From Candidatus Brockarchaeota archaeon (GTDB taxonomy: Archaea; Thermoproteota; EX4484-205; JAAOZP01), in NCBI GenBank assembly GCA_017601395.1, contig JAFNIQ010000003.1:661-64660 (forward strand): a stretch of 64,000 nucleotides of DNA. Reading direction: 5' to 3'. How positions within the stretch are numbered: the first letter of the stretch is position 1; each line of letters starts with the position of its first letter. Made by a program: the position numbers and the translations under genes. The notes beneath the pieces are model-generated. The model saw only the letters and a list, made by a program, of their open reading frames with translations. It was not told the origin of the DNA and made no database searches. Below are positions 56,345 through 64,000 of the stretch, one piece after another.

Positions 56345-59158
56345 ATGAACGTGATGGGTGAAATAAAGGTTTCAGGCAGTAGGGATTACCGTGGTCTTTT
56401 GAAAAAGGCTGCCGGGATAGTGCTAGCTGTTTTTCTAGTCTACCTTGGCTTCTCCGCATGGCTCTTCACGGTGAGTGTTTACGACAATATGTATAGTGTA
56501 AAATCGGGGGTGAGCTATCTCAACATCATGTTTTTAAACGGCAATCTTTTCACCGCGCTCGGAGTCCTGATAGGGATCGCCGTGTTAAACCCGTTCCTCT
56601 GGCACTCAGTCTTAAAGAGAAGGTTTAAGACTGCGGCTTTAATACTGTTTCCAAGCATTCTGTTAGCGTTCGTATTCTTCTCAGCCGTAGGCTCGCAAAT
56701 AGCTGTTCAAATCCTTCTGCTGAATAAGGCAGGCAGCTTTCTACAATCCTATCTCGGCTGGCTTGGGAAAATATACTTTGGGCCCTTTTCTTTCTCCGGC
56801 GAGGAGCTCTACGGTATGATGCCGGTTTTCGACTTCATCCAGCTTATGAAAATGCTTTACGTGTTTTCCACGGCCATAGTTTTCATAAGCCTGGCTGTAA
56901 ATAGTTTCCAACGCATAGTCATTCTGATGAAAAAAGCTGCGGCATGGCCTCAGGGCGACTTAATAGTGCTAGATTTTACGAGAACGGTCTTCTCCCTCCT
57001 CCGGTTCATAGTCTCAGCTGTCTTCATAGGGTTCTTCCTGTTCTGGTATCCTTCCTTGACTTACGATGTGACGAGCCCAATATTCAGGCTTGCACTAACC
57101 ATATCCGTCATCTTAGTGATTCTCCAAATCCTCCTGGAAACAGTGCCTTTTAAGAAGCCAGCTATGGTGAAGAATATTCTGCTTGTCCTAGCGGTCGTAA
57201 TAGCCATACTCGGGTATGCACTGCCGCAAGCATACTACAGGACTCTAGGAGGATGGGATGCTAACAAGGTTTCCTACGAGTTCAACTCAAGAATTAAGCC
57301 GCACATAGAGCTCGTAAAGCTTCTCAACGGTTTAAACGAGGTTTCTGAAACAACACAATCCCTGGGGAGCCTCAGCGACCTTGAGAAGGTCAGGCTGACT
57401 AACCATGATTTCATATCTTCAAGAACCCGCTACGAGCTCTCAAGAAGAGGAATACCATGGATTACTGGAAGCGAACCCTCAATGATTTATTTTAAAGATG
57501 GCCGTTTATACTGGGTTGTTTTCACAGCCCCCGTGATGGTGGAGGCAACCGATGTTGAGACTGCTGAATCATTCATATATACTCACAGCGAGGTTATTCT
57601 GGCTTTCGACGCTACAACCGGGAGGACCGTTTCGTTAAGCCAGGCCCTCGGGATGATTAATGCTCCCCCTGTATACTATGGTTTAGGAGGGCTTTTCAGA
57701 GAAAGGGAAATAGTGTTCGTCAACACTGGCAAATGGAGGGAAGCTGGGACTGTGAACTACACCGGCTCGCCGGACTATGTTTTCTCGGGATGGGTTCGCG
57801 CAGCCTACTTTCTTCTTAAAGGAAGGCTCGACATAGCCTCAGGAGGCTACGGGGATACGTTAAACGCTTTGATCACTAGAGACGCTTACGAAAGGGTTTC
57901 AGCGATAAAAGCGCCGCTTCTAGTCTTCGAAACCGACCCTAGGACGGGTGTGCCAGCACCATACCCGGTTGTAGACCCGGATGGGAATCTTTATCTTGCT
58001 TTTTCAACCTTCGTTGAGAAGCCTGTTTACACGGAGTATGCTGCCACGGAGAAGTATGGTGTTGAAAACGGAGGCTGCTTAAGAAGGCTTTTCTCAATAA
58101 TCTTGGTGAACGTTGCAGACGGCAGTATTCAAGGCTACATGTTTGAAGAATCCTTGGGTAGTGATAACTATGTTGTCAACGCGCTTAAATCCCTATATCC
58201 TTCATGGGTTAGGCCAATACCGTCTTGGCTTAAGCCGCAGCTAAGATACATTAAAAACCTTATGTGGAGCATAATTGACATCTATAATACTTACAGGATT
58301 TCAAGCTCGGATTACGACTCCTGGTATAGGAGCACAGGTATGCTGGATTACCCTCGAGACTCCAGTGGAAACATATATTCGCAAAGCGTTTTCGACATAA
58401 GGTATGTCTCGTTGGAAGGAAGATACGTGGCCCTGTGCATTGTTGAGAATTATCAGCAGAACCCCGGGGCTTCTGTGAACATTGTTGGCGCGTATGTTTT
58501 CACTCCTTACAGTAAGGAATTCATCCTTTTTCAAAACAGGGTTCCAAGGCTCAGCGCAATAATGGATAGTATTCTTCACCATCCTACTGTTCAACAAATA
58601 TTGACTCTACACCAGACGCGCGGAGTCTCATGGGTTGAGGGCAACCTCATGGTACAGCTTGTTAACAACACACCGGTATTCATACTCCCATTTTACTCGA
58701 TAAGCGCTCAAGTGGCCTATGTCACCATGGTTGTGGTTTATAATCCTCAAATCAGTAGGATAGGTATCTACCAGGTTGCGAACGTGGACGACTGGGTGGA
58801 GGTTTCAAGATCAACCTTGGTAGCATATGTTTCAACACTCCCCGTAAACATTACGGTGAAGCCGGACTACCTTCAACAGGTTAAGGCGTTCCTCGTTGCG
58901 AACGGGCTACATGTGGCTGAGCCGGTCAGCGTTTCAGCGAACGTCGCATACAGAATTGGTTACGTTAAGGCTGAAGAGTTTCAGAGCAAAGCCAACACTA
59001 CGCTGGCTAAGCTGGTTGAATTCTGCAGGCAGCATGGTTTGAAAACAGTCAACATGTGGGTTGAGAGAGTGGGGGATAAGGACGTGATAAACGTCGGAGC
59101 CCTAATTATGACGGTTCAAGGAGTAGAACTACATCTTGTTCAAATAGAAACTAGTTAG
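56345..59158 (+). CDS. Large membrane protein: N-terminal multi-TM region plus a roughly 640-aa extracytoplasmic domain, UPF0182-like
   Basis: 937 aa. About seven hydrophobic helices in the first 300 aa, then a soluble, beta-rich domain. Confidence 0.45.
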   Translation: MNVMGEIKVSGSRDYRGLLKKAAGIVLAVFLVYLGFSAWLFTVSVYDNMYSVKSGVSYLNIMFLNGNLFTALGVLIGIAVLNPFLWHSVLKRRFKTAALILFPSILLAFVFFSAVGSQIAVQILLLNKAGSFLQSYLGWLGKIYFGPFSFSGEELYGMMPVFDFIQLMKMLYVFSTAIVFISLAVNSFQRIVILMKKAAAWPQGDLIVLDFTRTVFSLLRFIVSAVFIGFFLFWYPSLTYDVTSPIFRLALTISVILVILQILLETVPFKKPAMVKNILLVLAVVIAILGYALPQAYYRTLGGWDANKVSYEFNSRIKPHIELVKLLNGLNEVSETTQSLGSLSDLEKVRLTNHDFISSRTRYELSRRGIPWITGSEPSMIYFKDGRLYWVVFTAPVMVEATDVETAESFIYTHSEVILAFDATTGRTVSLSQALGMINAPPVYYGLGGLFREREIVFVNTGKWREAGTVNYTGSPDYVFSGWVRAAYFLLKGRLDIASGGYGDTLNALITRDAYERVSAIKAPLLVFETDPRTGVPAPYPVVDPDGNLYLAFSTFVEKPVYTEYAATEKYGVENGGCLRRLFSIILVNVADGSIQGYMFEESLGSDNYVVNALKSLYPSWVRPIPSWLKPQLRYIKNLMWSIIDIYNTYRISSSDYDSWYRSTGMLDYPRDSSGNIYSQSVFDIRYVSLEGRYVALCIVENYQQNPGASVNIVGAYVFTPYSKEFILFQNRVPRLSAIMDSILHHPTVQQILTLHQTRGVSWVEGNLMVQLVNNTPVFILPFYSISAQVAYVTMVVVYNPQISRIGIYQVANVDDWVEVSRSTLVAYVSTLPVNITVKPDYLQQVKAFLVANGLHVAEPVSVSANVAYRIGYVKAEEFQSKANTTLAKLVEFCRQHGLKTVNMWVERVGDKDVINVGALIMTVQGVELHLVQIETS

Positions 59159-60000
59159 CTTTTTCCAAGTAGGCTGTTCATCAGGGTTCTGGTTGCTCTG
59201 ACTACATTGTCATCCATATCCAGTCTACCATGCTCGTGGATCTCCAGGATCAAAGGCTTTCCATAGCCTGCTCTTGAGAAAGCATTCATCACTCGATCCC
59301 AGTCTATACTTCCCATTAAAGGAGGCAAGTGCTGATCATGATGGCCATCGTTATCATGGATGTGAGTAGCTATGAGGTGCCCTCTAAGTATTTCAACCAT
59401 TGCAGATACACTCAGCTTGTTCACATTAGCATGACCAGTATCAAAGCATATTCCTAGGCTTTCACTATCAGTCTCCTTAACCAATTCTAAGAGGTCTTTG
59501 GGCAGAGAGCCATAGCATGATTCAAGCCTGTTCTCCACGGCTATCTTAACACCATGCTCTGAGGCATATTTGGAAACCTCTTTGAAAAACCTTAAATTGG
59601 CAAGCTTAGTCTTCTCAACAAACCTCTGGAAATCATGCTCCTCTGAAACTTTTATCCTCGCAGTATGTAGCACAAGCACACCCCATTCTAGCTCGCCAAC
59701 ATACTTGATCCAGTTGAAGATTTTTCTAAGTGCCCTCTCCCTCTGGGAGGAGTCTTCTGAAGCAAGCTCTAAATCGATTTCTCCGAAAGGCCCGTGGACT
59801 TGAATAATCCTGATGCCAAGACTGTCCGCAACCTCATTGATGCTCCTTAAGGCTTTCAAGTCAACAGTTTCGTCTTTAAAAATCTTTGATAAGTGCTCGT
59901 ATGACAGTTCAACAAACCTTACGCCTTTTTCGCTAAGCCTTCCAAGCGCCTTCTCTGCCTCAAGTATAGAGTAGATCCACGTGTCGAATCCGTAATCCAT
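59155..60000 (-). CDS. Sugar phosphate isomerase/epimerase (xylose-isomerase-like TIM barrel)
   Basis: Motifs around LEIHEHG-type and HDNDGH-type metal ligands typical of the AP-endonuclease-2 / xylose-isomerase-like TIM-barrel family. Confidence 0.65.
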   Translation of the reverse strand: MDYGFDTWIYSILEAEKALGRLSEKGVRFVELSYEHLSKIFKDETVDLKALRSINEVADSLGIRIIQVHGPFGEIDLELASEDSSQRERALRKIFNWIKYVGELEWGVLVLHTARIKVSEEHDFQRFVEKTKLANLRFFKEVSKYASEHGVKIAVENRLESCYGSLPKDLLELVKETDSESLGICFDTGHANVNKLSVSAMVEILRGHLIATHIHDNDGHHDQHLPPLMGSIDWDRVMNAFSRAGYGKPLILEIHEHGRLDMDDNVVRATRTLMNSLLGKS

Positions 60001-60055
60001 GCCTACAGCACCAAGCCAGGGTGTTTAAAAAAGATTTGCCCCAGCTAAACCTGTT

Positions 60056-60565
60056 TCACCTTAACGCTTTAAGCTTCCTCAAAAGCTCCTCAAGGCTCCC
60101 GTACTTCTCTTTTTCAGGTAAGCCTAGAAGGCTAATCTTGATTCCAGCCTTGCTCATTGTCTCGCAAAGAATTTCAGTAAAAACTCCTCTCCCCCTATCA
60201 GGCTTCTCGATTTTGAAATGGGTCCATTCAACGCCACAGGAAGGACTTCCCTCTACACCTAGGTATGCTACGATCCCGACGCCTCTGTGCTCGTATTTTA
60301 CCGCAATTTCCACAGCTTGTTCAGCAATACTCCGGCAGATATGTCTGAACTCAGGTTTATCGTAGGATTCTCTGGATGCGGGCTTCCTGTCTAAGCCTTT
60401 ATACAGTAGTTCAGGGCAGGGGAGCTGTATTATGCCGGTTTCCAGATCATCTAGAAGTGCTTTGATAATTTTCCTAGCCGCCTTCACTTTTTCTTCCCGC
60501 AACAATCCCACCGCCTTACTGTATGGGTTAAGTATACAATGAGAAACCATTAGGATTCTTCTCAT
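60056..60565 (-). CDS. DUF523 / TudS-like three-Cys [4Fe-4S] protein (putative thiouracil desulfidase family)
   Basis: Three Cys-bearing motifs: SHCILNPYS, LPCPE and GSPSCGV. Confidence 0.5.
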   Translation of the reverse strand: MRRILMVSHCILNPYSKAVGLLREEKVKAARKIIKALLDDLETGIIQLPCPELLYKGLDRKPASRESYDKPEFRHICRSIAEQAVEIAVKYEHRGVGIVAYLGVEGSPSCGVEWTHFKIEKPDRGRGVFTEILCETMSKAGIKISLLGLPEKEKYGSLEELLRKLKALR

Positions 60566-60716
60566 GACGAATATGGTTTAAAAATCAGCTTTATTAAAGC
60601 TTTCATTGGATTATCGGCGGAACGTGCCTCAGGGATGTTTGAGCTCTATACGTAATGTTTAAAAATAGCCTCGGCGCAGGGGCAGACTTAACACGGTGGA
60701 CTGATGGTGGCTCGAA

Positions 60717-62726
60717 TTGACTACAACAGGGCTTCCGTCTGCTGCAGAGATAATCGTTTCGGGCTCCGTGTTAGCGAGCATACTGGCAATCATAGTCTTA
60801 GCTCTAAACGTTCTTAAAAGCCGGTTGAAAAACCCTTGGGCAGCTAGGATAGCTGGCTATATAGAGTCAGGCGCCTCAACGTTCCTCCGCACGGAATATT
60901 CTGTCATAATGGTTTTCGATGCTGCAGTCACCCTGCTTCTCCTAATACTCCTAGGGGTTAAAACAGCCTTCGCGTTCACGCTTGGAGCAGCGTTTTCTCT
61001 ATCCTCGGGTTTCATAGGGATGAAAGTGGCTGTGAAAGCAAACGTCAGAACCATGGAGTCGGTAAACGGAAACGTTTCTAAAGGTTTGAAAACAGCTTTA
61101 AGCGGAGGCTCGGTGGCTGGCCTTTCTGTTGCAAGCCTGAGCCTGCTTGGAGTACTAATCCTGGTTTCCCTCCTGGGGGAGGACTCGTCTGGGTTGAGCG
61201 TTGAGTTTCTAACAGGATACGCCATGGGTGCCAGCCTGACTGCGATCTTCATCCAGATTGGCGGCGGAATATTTACAAAGAGTGCAGACATAGGTGCCGA
61301 CCTTGTTGGTAAGCTTGAATACGGGCTTATCGAGGATGATCCTAGAAACCCAGCGGTGATCGCCGACCTGGTTGGGGATAATGTTGGTGACTGCGCTGGA
61401 AGGGGCGCCGACCTCTTTGAGACTCTAAGCGGGGACATAGTTACCAGCATGATAATAGGTCTGGGGTTCATGGATAAGTATGGGCAAATGGTCCTATTGT
61501 TCTCACCGCTCTTTCTCTCGGTGGGTCTGCTTTCTACAATAATAAGTATAATGGTTGCGCTTAAAATCAGTGATCCTGCTAAGAGTTTTCTGATAAGCCT
61601 CGCTGTCTCAACTGTTTCCTCCGCAGTAGGTCTCTACTTCGTCTCAACCCTTTTCATGAGGGATGTTACGCTTTTCTACGCTGGATTCAGCGGTTTGATC
61701 GTGACCCTGCTTATGGCTGTCGTATCAAACCACTATACTGGCGTAAACTCATCTCCGGTTAAAAACATGTATGAGTCGGCTAAGAGGGGTGCTGCTATAA
61801 ACATGATAAGCGGCTTTGCCTACGCTTTAAGAGGAGCAGTAATACCTGTTTTCCTAGTCTCGACATCCGCGATACTCTCCTATCTCGTCACCGGTAATGT
61901 ATACGGCTTGGTTGCAGCAAACCTTGGTACAGACATACTCATAGGAACGGTGATGGCCTGGGACGCATTCGGGCCGATAGTCGACAACGCCGGCGGAATA
62001 AACGAGATGTGTGGCGAAGGCAATAATGGAGCGTTCGACGCTCTCGACGCCATCGGAAACACTACTAAAGCATACACGAAAGCGTTTGCTCTCGCAAGCG
62101 GCACCTTCACGGCTTTCATAGCCTTAATGACCTATTACTACGTTGTTGGTAAAAGACCAGTCGACCTCACAAACCCGTTCCACACGGCTGGTCTTCTAAT
62201 AGGCATCGCCATACCGTTCCTGTTCTCCTCATACATCATGAGTGCGGTGAACTCTACGACTCAAGTGATGGTTGACGAGGTGAGGAAGCAGTTTAGAGAG
62301 AATCCGGGGGTACTCTCAGGGACTGATACGCCTGCTTACGATAAGTGTGTTAAAATAGCTACGCTGAACGCTTTGAGGCAGATGGTCCTGCCTGTTTTAA
62401 TCGCTGAGGCTGTTTTCCTAGGCTTTGGGCTGTTCTTCGGGGTTAATGCTTTAGCCGGGATGGTAATAGGCCTGCTGGGTTCAAGCGCCATCCTAGGGAT
62501 TAAGTATATTCTCGTAGGCGGTGCTTTTGACAACACTAAGAAGGTTTTCGAATTGTCTGGAAGCAGTGAGGAGGGCCTGCGGTACGCTGTCGTGACGGGT
62601 GATACTTTCGGAGACCCGCTTAAGGATGTGGCCGGCCCATCCTTAACGATTCTCATGAAGAGCATTACAATGACGGCTCTAACTTTGGAAACAATATTGG
62701 TTAAATACGCATTGTTCCCCGTCTAG
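60717..62726 (+). CDS. hppA: Membrane-bound H+(or Na+)-translocating pyrophosphatase
   Basis: GGGIFTKSADIGADLVGK, DDPRNPAVIADLVGDNVGDCAGRGADLFE and DNAGGI motifs. 669 aa, many TM helices. TTG start. Confidence 0.9.
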   Translation: MTTTGLPSAAEIIVSGSVLASILAIIVLALNVLKSRLKNPWAARIAGYIESGASTFLRTEYSVIMVFDAAVTLLLLILLGVKTAFAFTLGAAFSLSSGFIGMKVAVKANVRTMESVNGNVSKGLKTALSGGSVAGLSVASLSLLGVLILVSLLGEDSSGLSVEFLTGYAMGASLTAIFIQIGGGIFTKSADIGADLVGKLEYGLIEDDPRNPAVIADLVGDNVGDCAGRGADLFETLSGDIVTSMIIGLGFMDKYGQMVLLFSPLFLSVGLLSTIISIMVALKISDPAKSFLISLAVSTVSSAVGLYFVSTLFMRDVTLFYAGFSGLIVTLLMAVVSNHYTGVNSSPVKNMYESAKRGAAINMISGFAYALRGAVIPVFLVSTSAILSYLVTGNVYGLVAANLGTDILIGTVMAWDAFGPIVDNAGGINEMCGEGNNGAFDALDAIGNTTKAYTKAFALASGTFTAFIALMTYYYVVGKRPVDLTNPFHTAGLLIGIAIPFLFSSYIMSAVNSTTQVMVDEVRKQFRENPGVLSGTDTPAYDKCVKIATLNALRQMVLPVLIAEAVFLGFGLFFGVNALAGMVIGLLGSSAILGIKYILVGGAFDNTKKVFELSGSSEEGLRYAVVTGDTFGDPLKDVAGPSLTILMKSITMTALTLETILVKYALFPV

Positions 62727-62746
62727 CTAAGTTTTTAAACAACCTA

Positions 62747-63148
62747 ATGGTTCCCAATATCGTGTTGCCAGAAGCGATCCTCATTAAAAGCAAGTCGATA
62801 GGTGTAAGGAGAGCTACACTTCTACCTGAGTTAAACCCTAAAACTGTCGAAGGCATTCTTAAGGCTCTCCCGTTTAAAGGTTTTGCAAACACCTGGGGTG
62901 AGGAAATATACTTCGAAATCCCTGTTACCCTGCCTGAGGAGAATTCGCGCAGAGAGGTTGAGAAAGGCGAGGTTGCATACTGGCCTCCTGGAAGAGCCCT
63001 CTGCATCTTCTTCGGCCCAACCCCCATGTCAAGGAAGGGGAAGATAGTTGCATACAGCCCTGTCAACGTTTTCGCTAAAATAGAGGGGGACCTCGAAGTC
63101 TTCAAAAAGGTTAGGGCCGGTGAGGAAATACTTGTTGAAAAAGGTTAG
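62747..63148 (+). CDS. Hypothetical cyclophilin-like-fold protein; paralog of 34263..34637
   Basis: GEVAYWPPGRALCIFFGPTP core, shared with the 34263 ORF. Confidence 0.45.
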   Translation: MVPNIVLPEAILIKSKSIGVRRATLLPELNPKTVEGILKALPFKGFANTWGEEIYFEIPVTLPEENSRREVEKGEVAYWPPGRALCIFFGPTPMSRKGKIVAYSPVNVFAKIEGDLEVFKKVRAGEEILVEKG

Positions 63149-63196
63149 AGGCCTGTTCTCAATCGCTGGGACGATGAAAAGGCTTTTCAAGGCGTG

Positions 63197-63697
63197 CTAC
63201 GCATCCTGAACGCTGTTAGACTGGGCTGAGCTGGAGAGCCCTATGAAAAACTTGTCGTTGGGCTTGTGCAGATTTTTAACGATCTTCCCTTTCCCCTCTT
63301 TAACGATTTTCTCGGAGTCTTGAAGAGCCACTCCTACTGCTATTGCAACGTAGTCTTCTGAAACAACTGCAACAGGCTCCCCCTCGCTGAAACTGCTGTG
63401 TTTAACTACTCCCGGCATCATCACGTCAGCACCCTTAACCACGTATTCGACAGCACCCTTATCCACAACCACTATCGGACAGACCGTTATTCTTCCAAGA
63501 CCTTGAAGATGCGGAATGATCCTTCCGTCTGGAAAAATTATTAGGGCAGGGGTTCGGTTTAAAAGAAGTATTTTAGCATCTTCCAGCTCAACTATCTCCG
63601 CAGACTCCGGCTTATTTAGTCTAAAAGAGATTTTCTGGTTTTTAGCATCTTCGATAAACCTAGCTGCCTCCTTCCTCCTTATCTGTATTCTTTTCAA
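63197..63697 (-). CDS. PUA-domain RNA-binding protein
   Basis: C-terminal VVKGADVMMPGVV...GEPVAVV resembles a PUA beta-barrel. TTG start. Confidence 0.5.
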   Translation of the reverse strand: MKRIQIRRKEAARFIEDAKNQKISFRLNKPESAEIVELEDAKILLLNRTPALIIFPDGRIIPHLQGLGRITVCPIVVVDKGAVEYVVKGADVMMPGVVKHSSFSEGEPVAVVSEDYVAIAVGVALQDSEKIVKEGKGKIVKNLHKPNDKFFIGLSSSAQSNSVQDA

Positions 63698-63700
63698 GAC

Positions 63701-64000
63701 TCAAAATCCTTTCGTGATTTCCTCAAGCGCCCTACAGTTTTCCTCAGCATTCCTCATAATATCTTGAACGGTGGGAGACTTCAACAAGGGGTTGAAACTT
63801 GGGGGGCACTCTACAGTTAGATAACCGTTGTATCCTGCTGCTTTAAGCAGCTTGATAATCTTCCTCCAGTCTACGTTTCCTTTAAGCACGTTCCTAAACC
63901 CATTAATATTTCCAATATTAGTGTCGAAATCCTTGGCGTGAACGTTTGACACCATGTTTCCCAGGCTATGTATCCAGTTTTCAGGATGAGATATTGCCAT
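63701..64000 (-). CDS. C-terminal part of a second xylose-isomerase-like TIM-barrel protein; the 5' end lies beyond the window edge
   Basis: C-terminus ...AGYNGYLTVEC... is typical of the sugar-phosphate isomerase/epimerase family. The ORF runs to the window edge. Confidence 0.55.
   Translation of the reverse strand: MAISHPENWIHSLGNMVSNVHAKDFDTNIGNINGFRNVLKGNVDWRKIIKLLKAAGYNGYLTVECPPSFNPLLKSPTVQDIMRNAEENCRALEEITKGF

Noticed and set aside
1-64000. Search for CRISPR arrays, IS elements or integrases
   Set aside because: No series of regularly spaced direct repeats and no transposase/integrase-like ORFs were seen. The only duplication noticed is the decayed toxin copy.

Overview
The window reads as a 64 kb archaeal chromosomal segment of about 50% GC, probably from a thermophilic Crenarchaeota/TACK-type organism. 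The evidence is a thermosome, Alba, RpoK, ribosomal protein S25e, archaeal-type PheS/PheT, Cdc48, an ATP-dependent DNA ligase, Lhr, a membrane H+-pyrophosphatase, and frequent GTG/TTG starts with short gene overlaps. I count about 70 protein-coding genes, densely packed on both strands. I found no rRNA, tRNA, CRISPR array, transposase or integrase. Main content: (1) a 2-oxoacid chain-elongation cluster for leucine or AAA-lysine biosynthesis (LeuB-like, LeuC, LeuD, LeuA/HCS-like), interrupted by an AT-rich islet that carries a UPF0175/DUF3368 toxin-antitoxin pair plus a decayed second toxin copy. (2) A tRNA-modification cluster: a TtuA/NcsA-like thiolase, a 68-aa ubiquitin-like sulfur carrier ending in GG, a GNAT, Sua5 and a CsaA-like tRNA-binding protein. 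(3) An unusual 920-aa protein with two P-loop ATPase modules fused to a Lon protease domain. (4) A nucleic-acid-processing gene chain: winged-helix protein, AbrB-like protein, TatD, an RNase-H-fold protein, Lhr-core and a metallophosphoesterase (MPE), followed by a YkgJ-type Cys-cluster protein, DNA ligase and Cdc48. (5) A DtxR-regulated metal ABC transporter. (6) An 857-aa surface protein with four tandem Ig-like repeats and many N-glycosylation sequons. (7) Several ECF-S-component-like membrane proteins next to kinase-like genes. The ORF track accepts GTG/TTG as start codons, so several start coordinates are approximate. All calls rest on motif recognition by eye; no searches were run.
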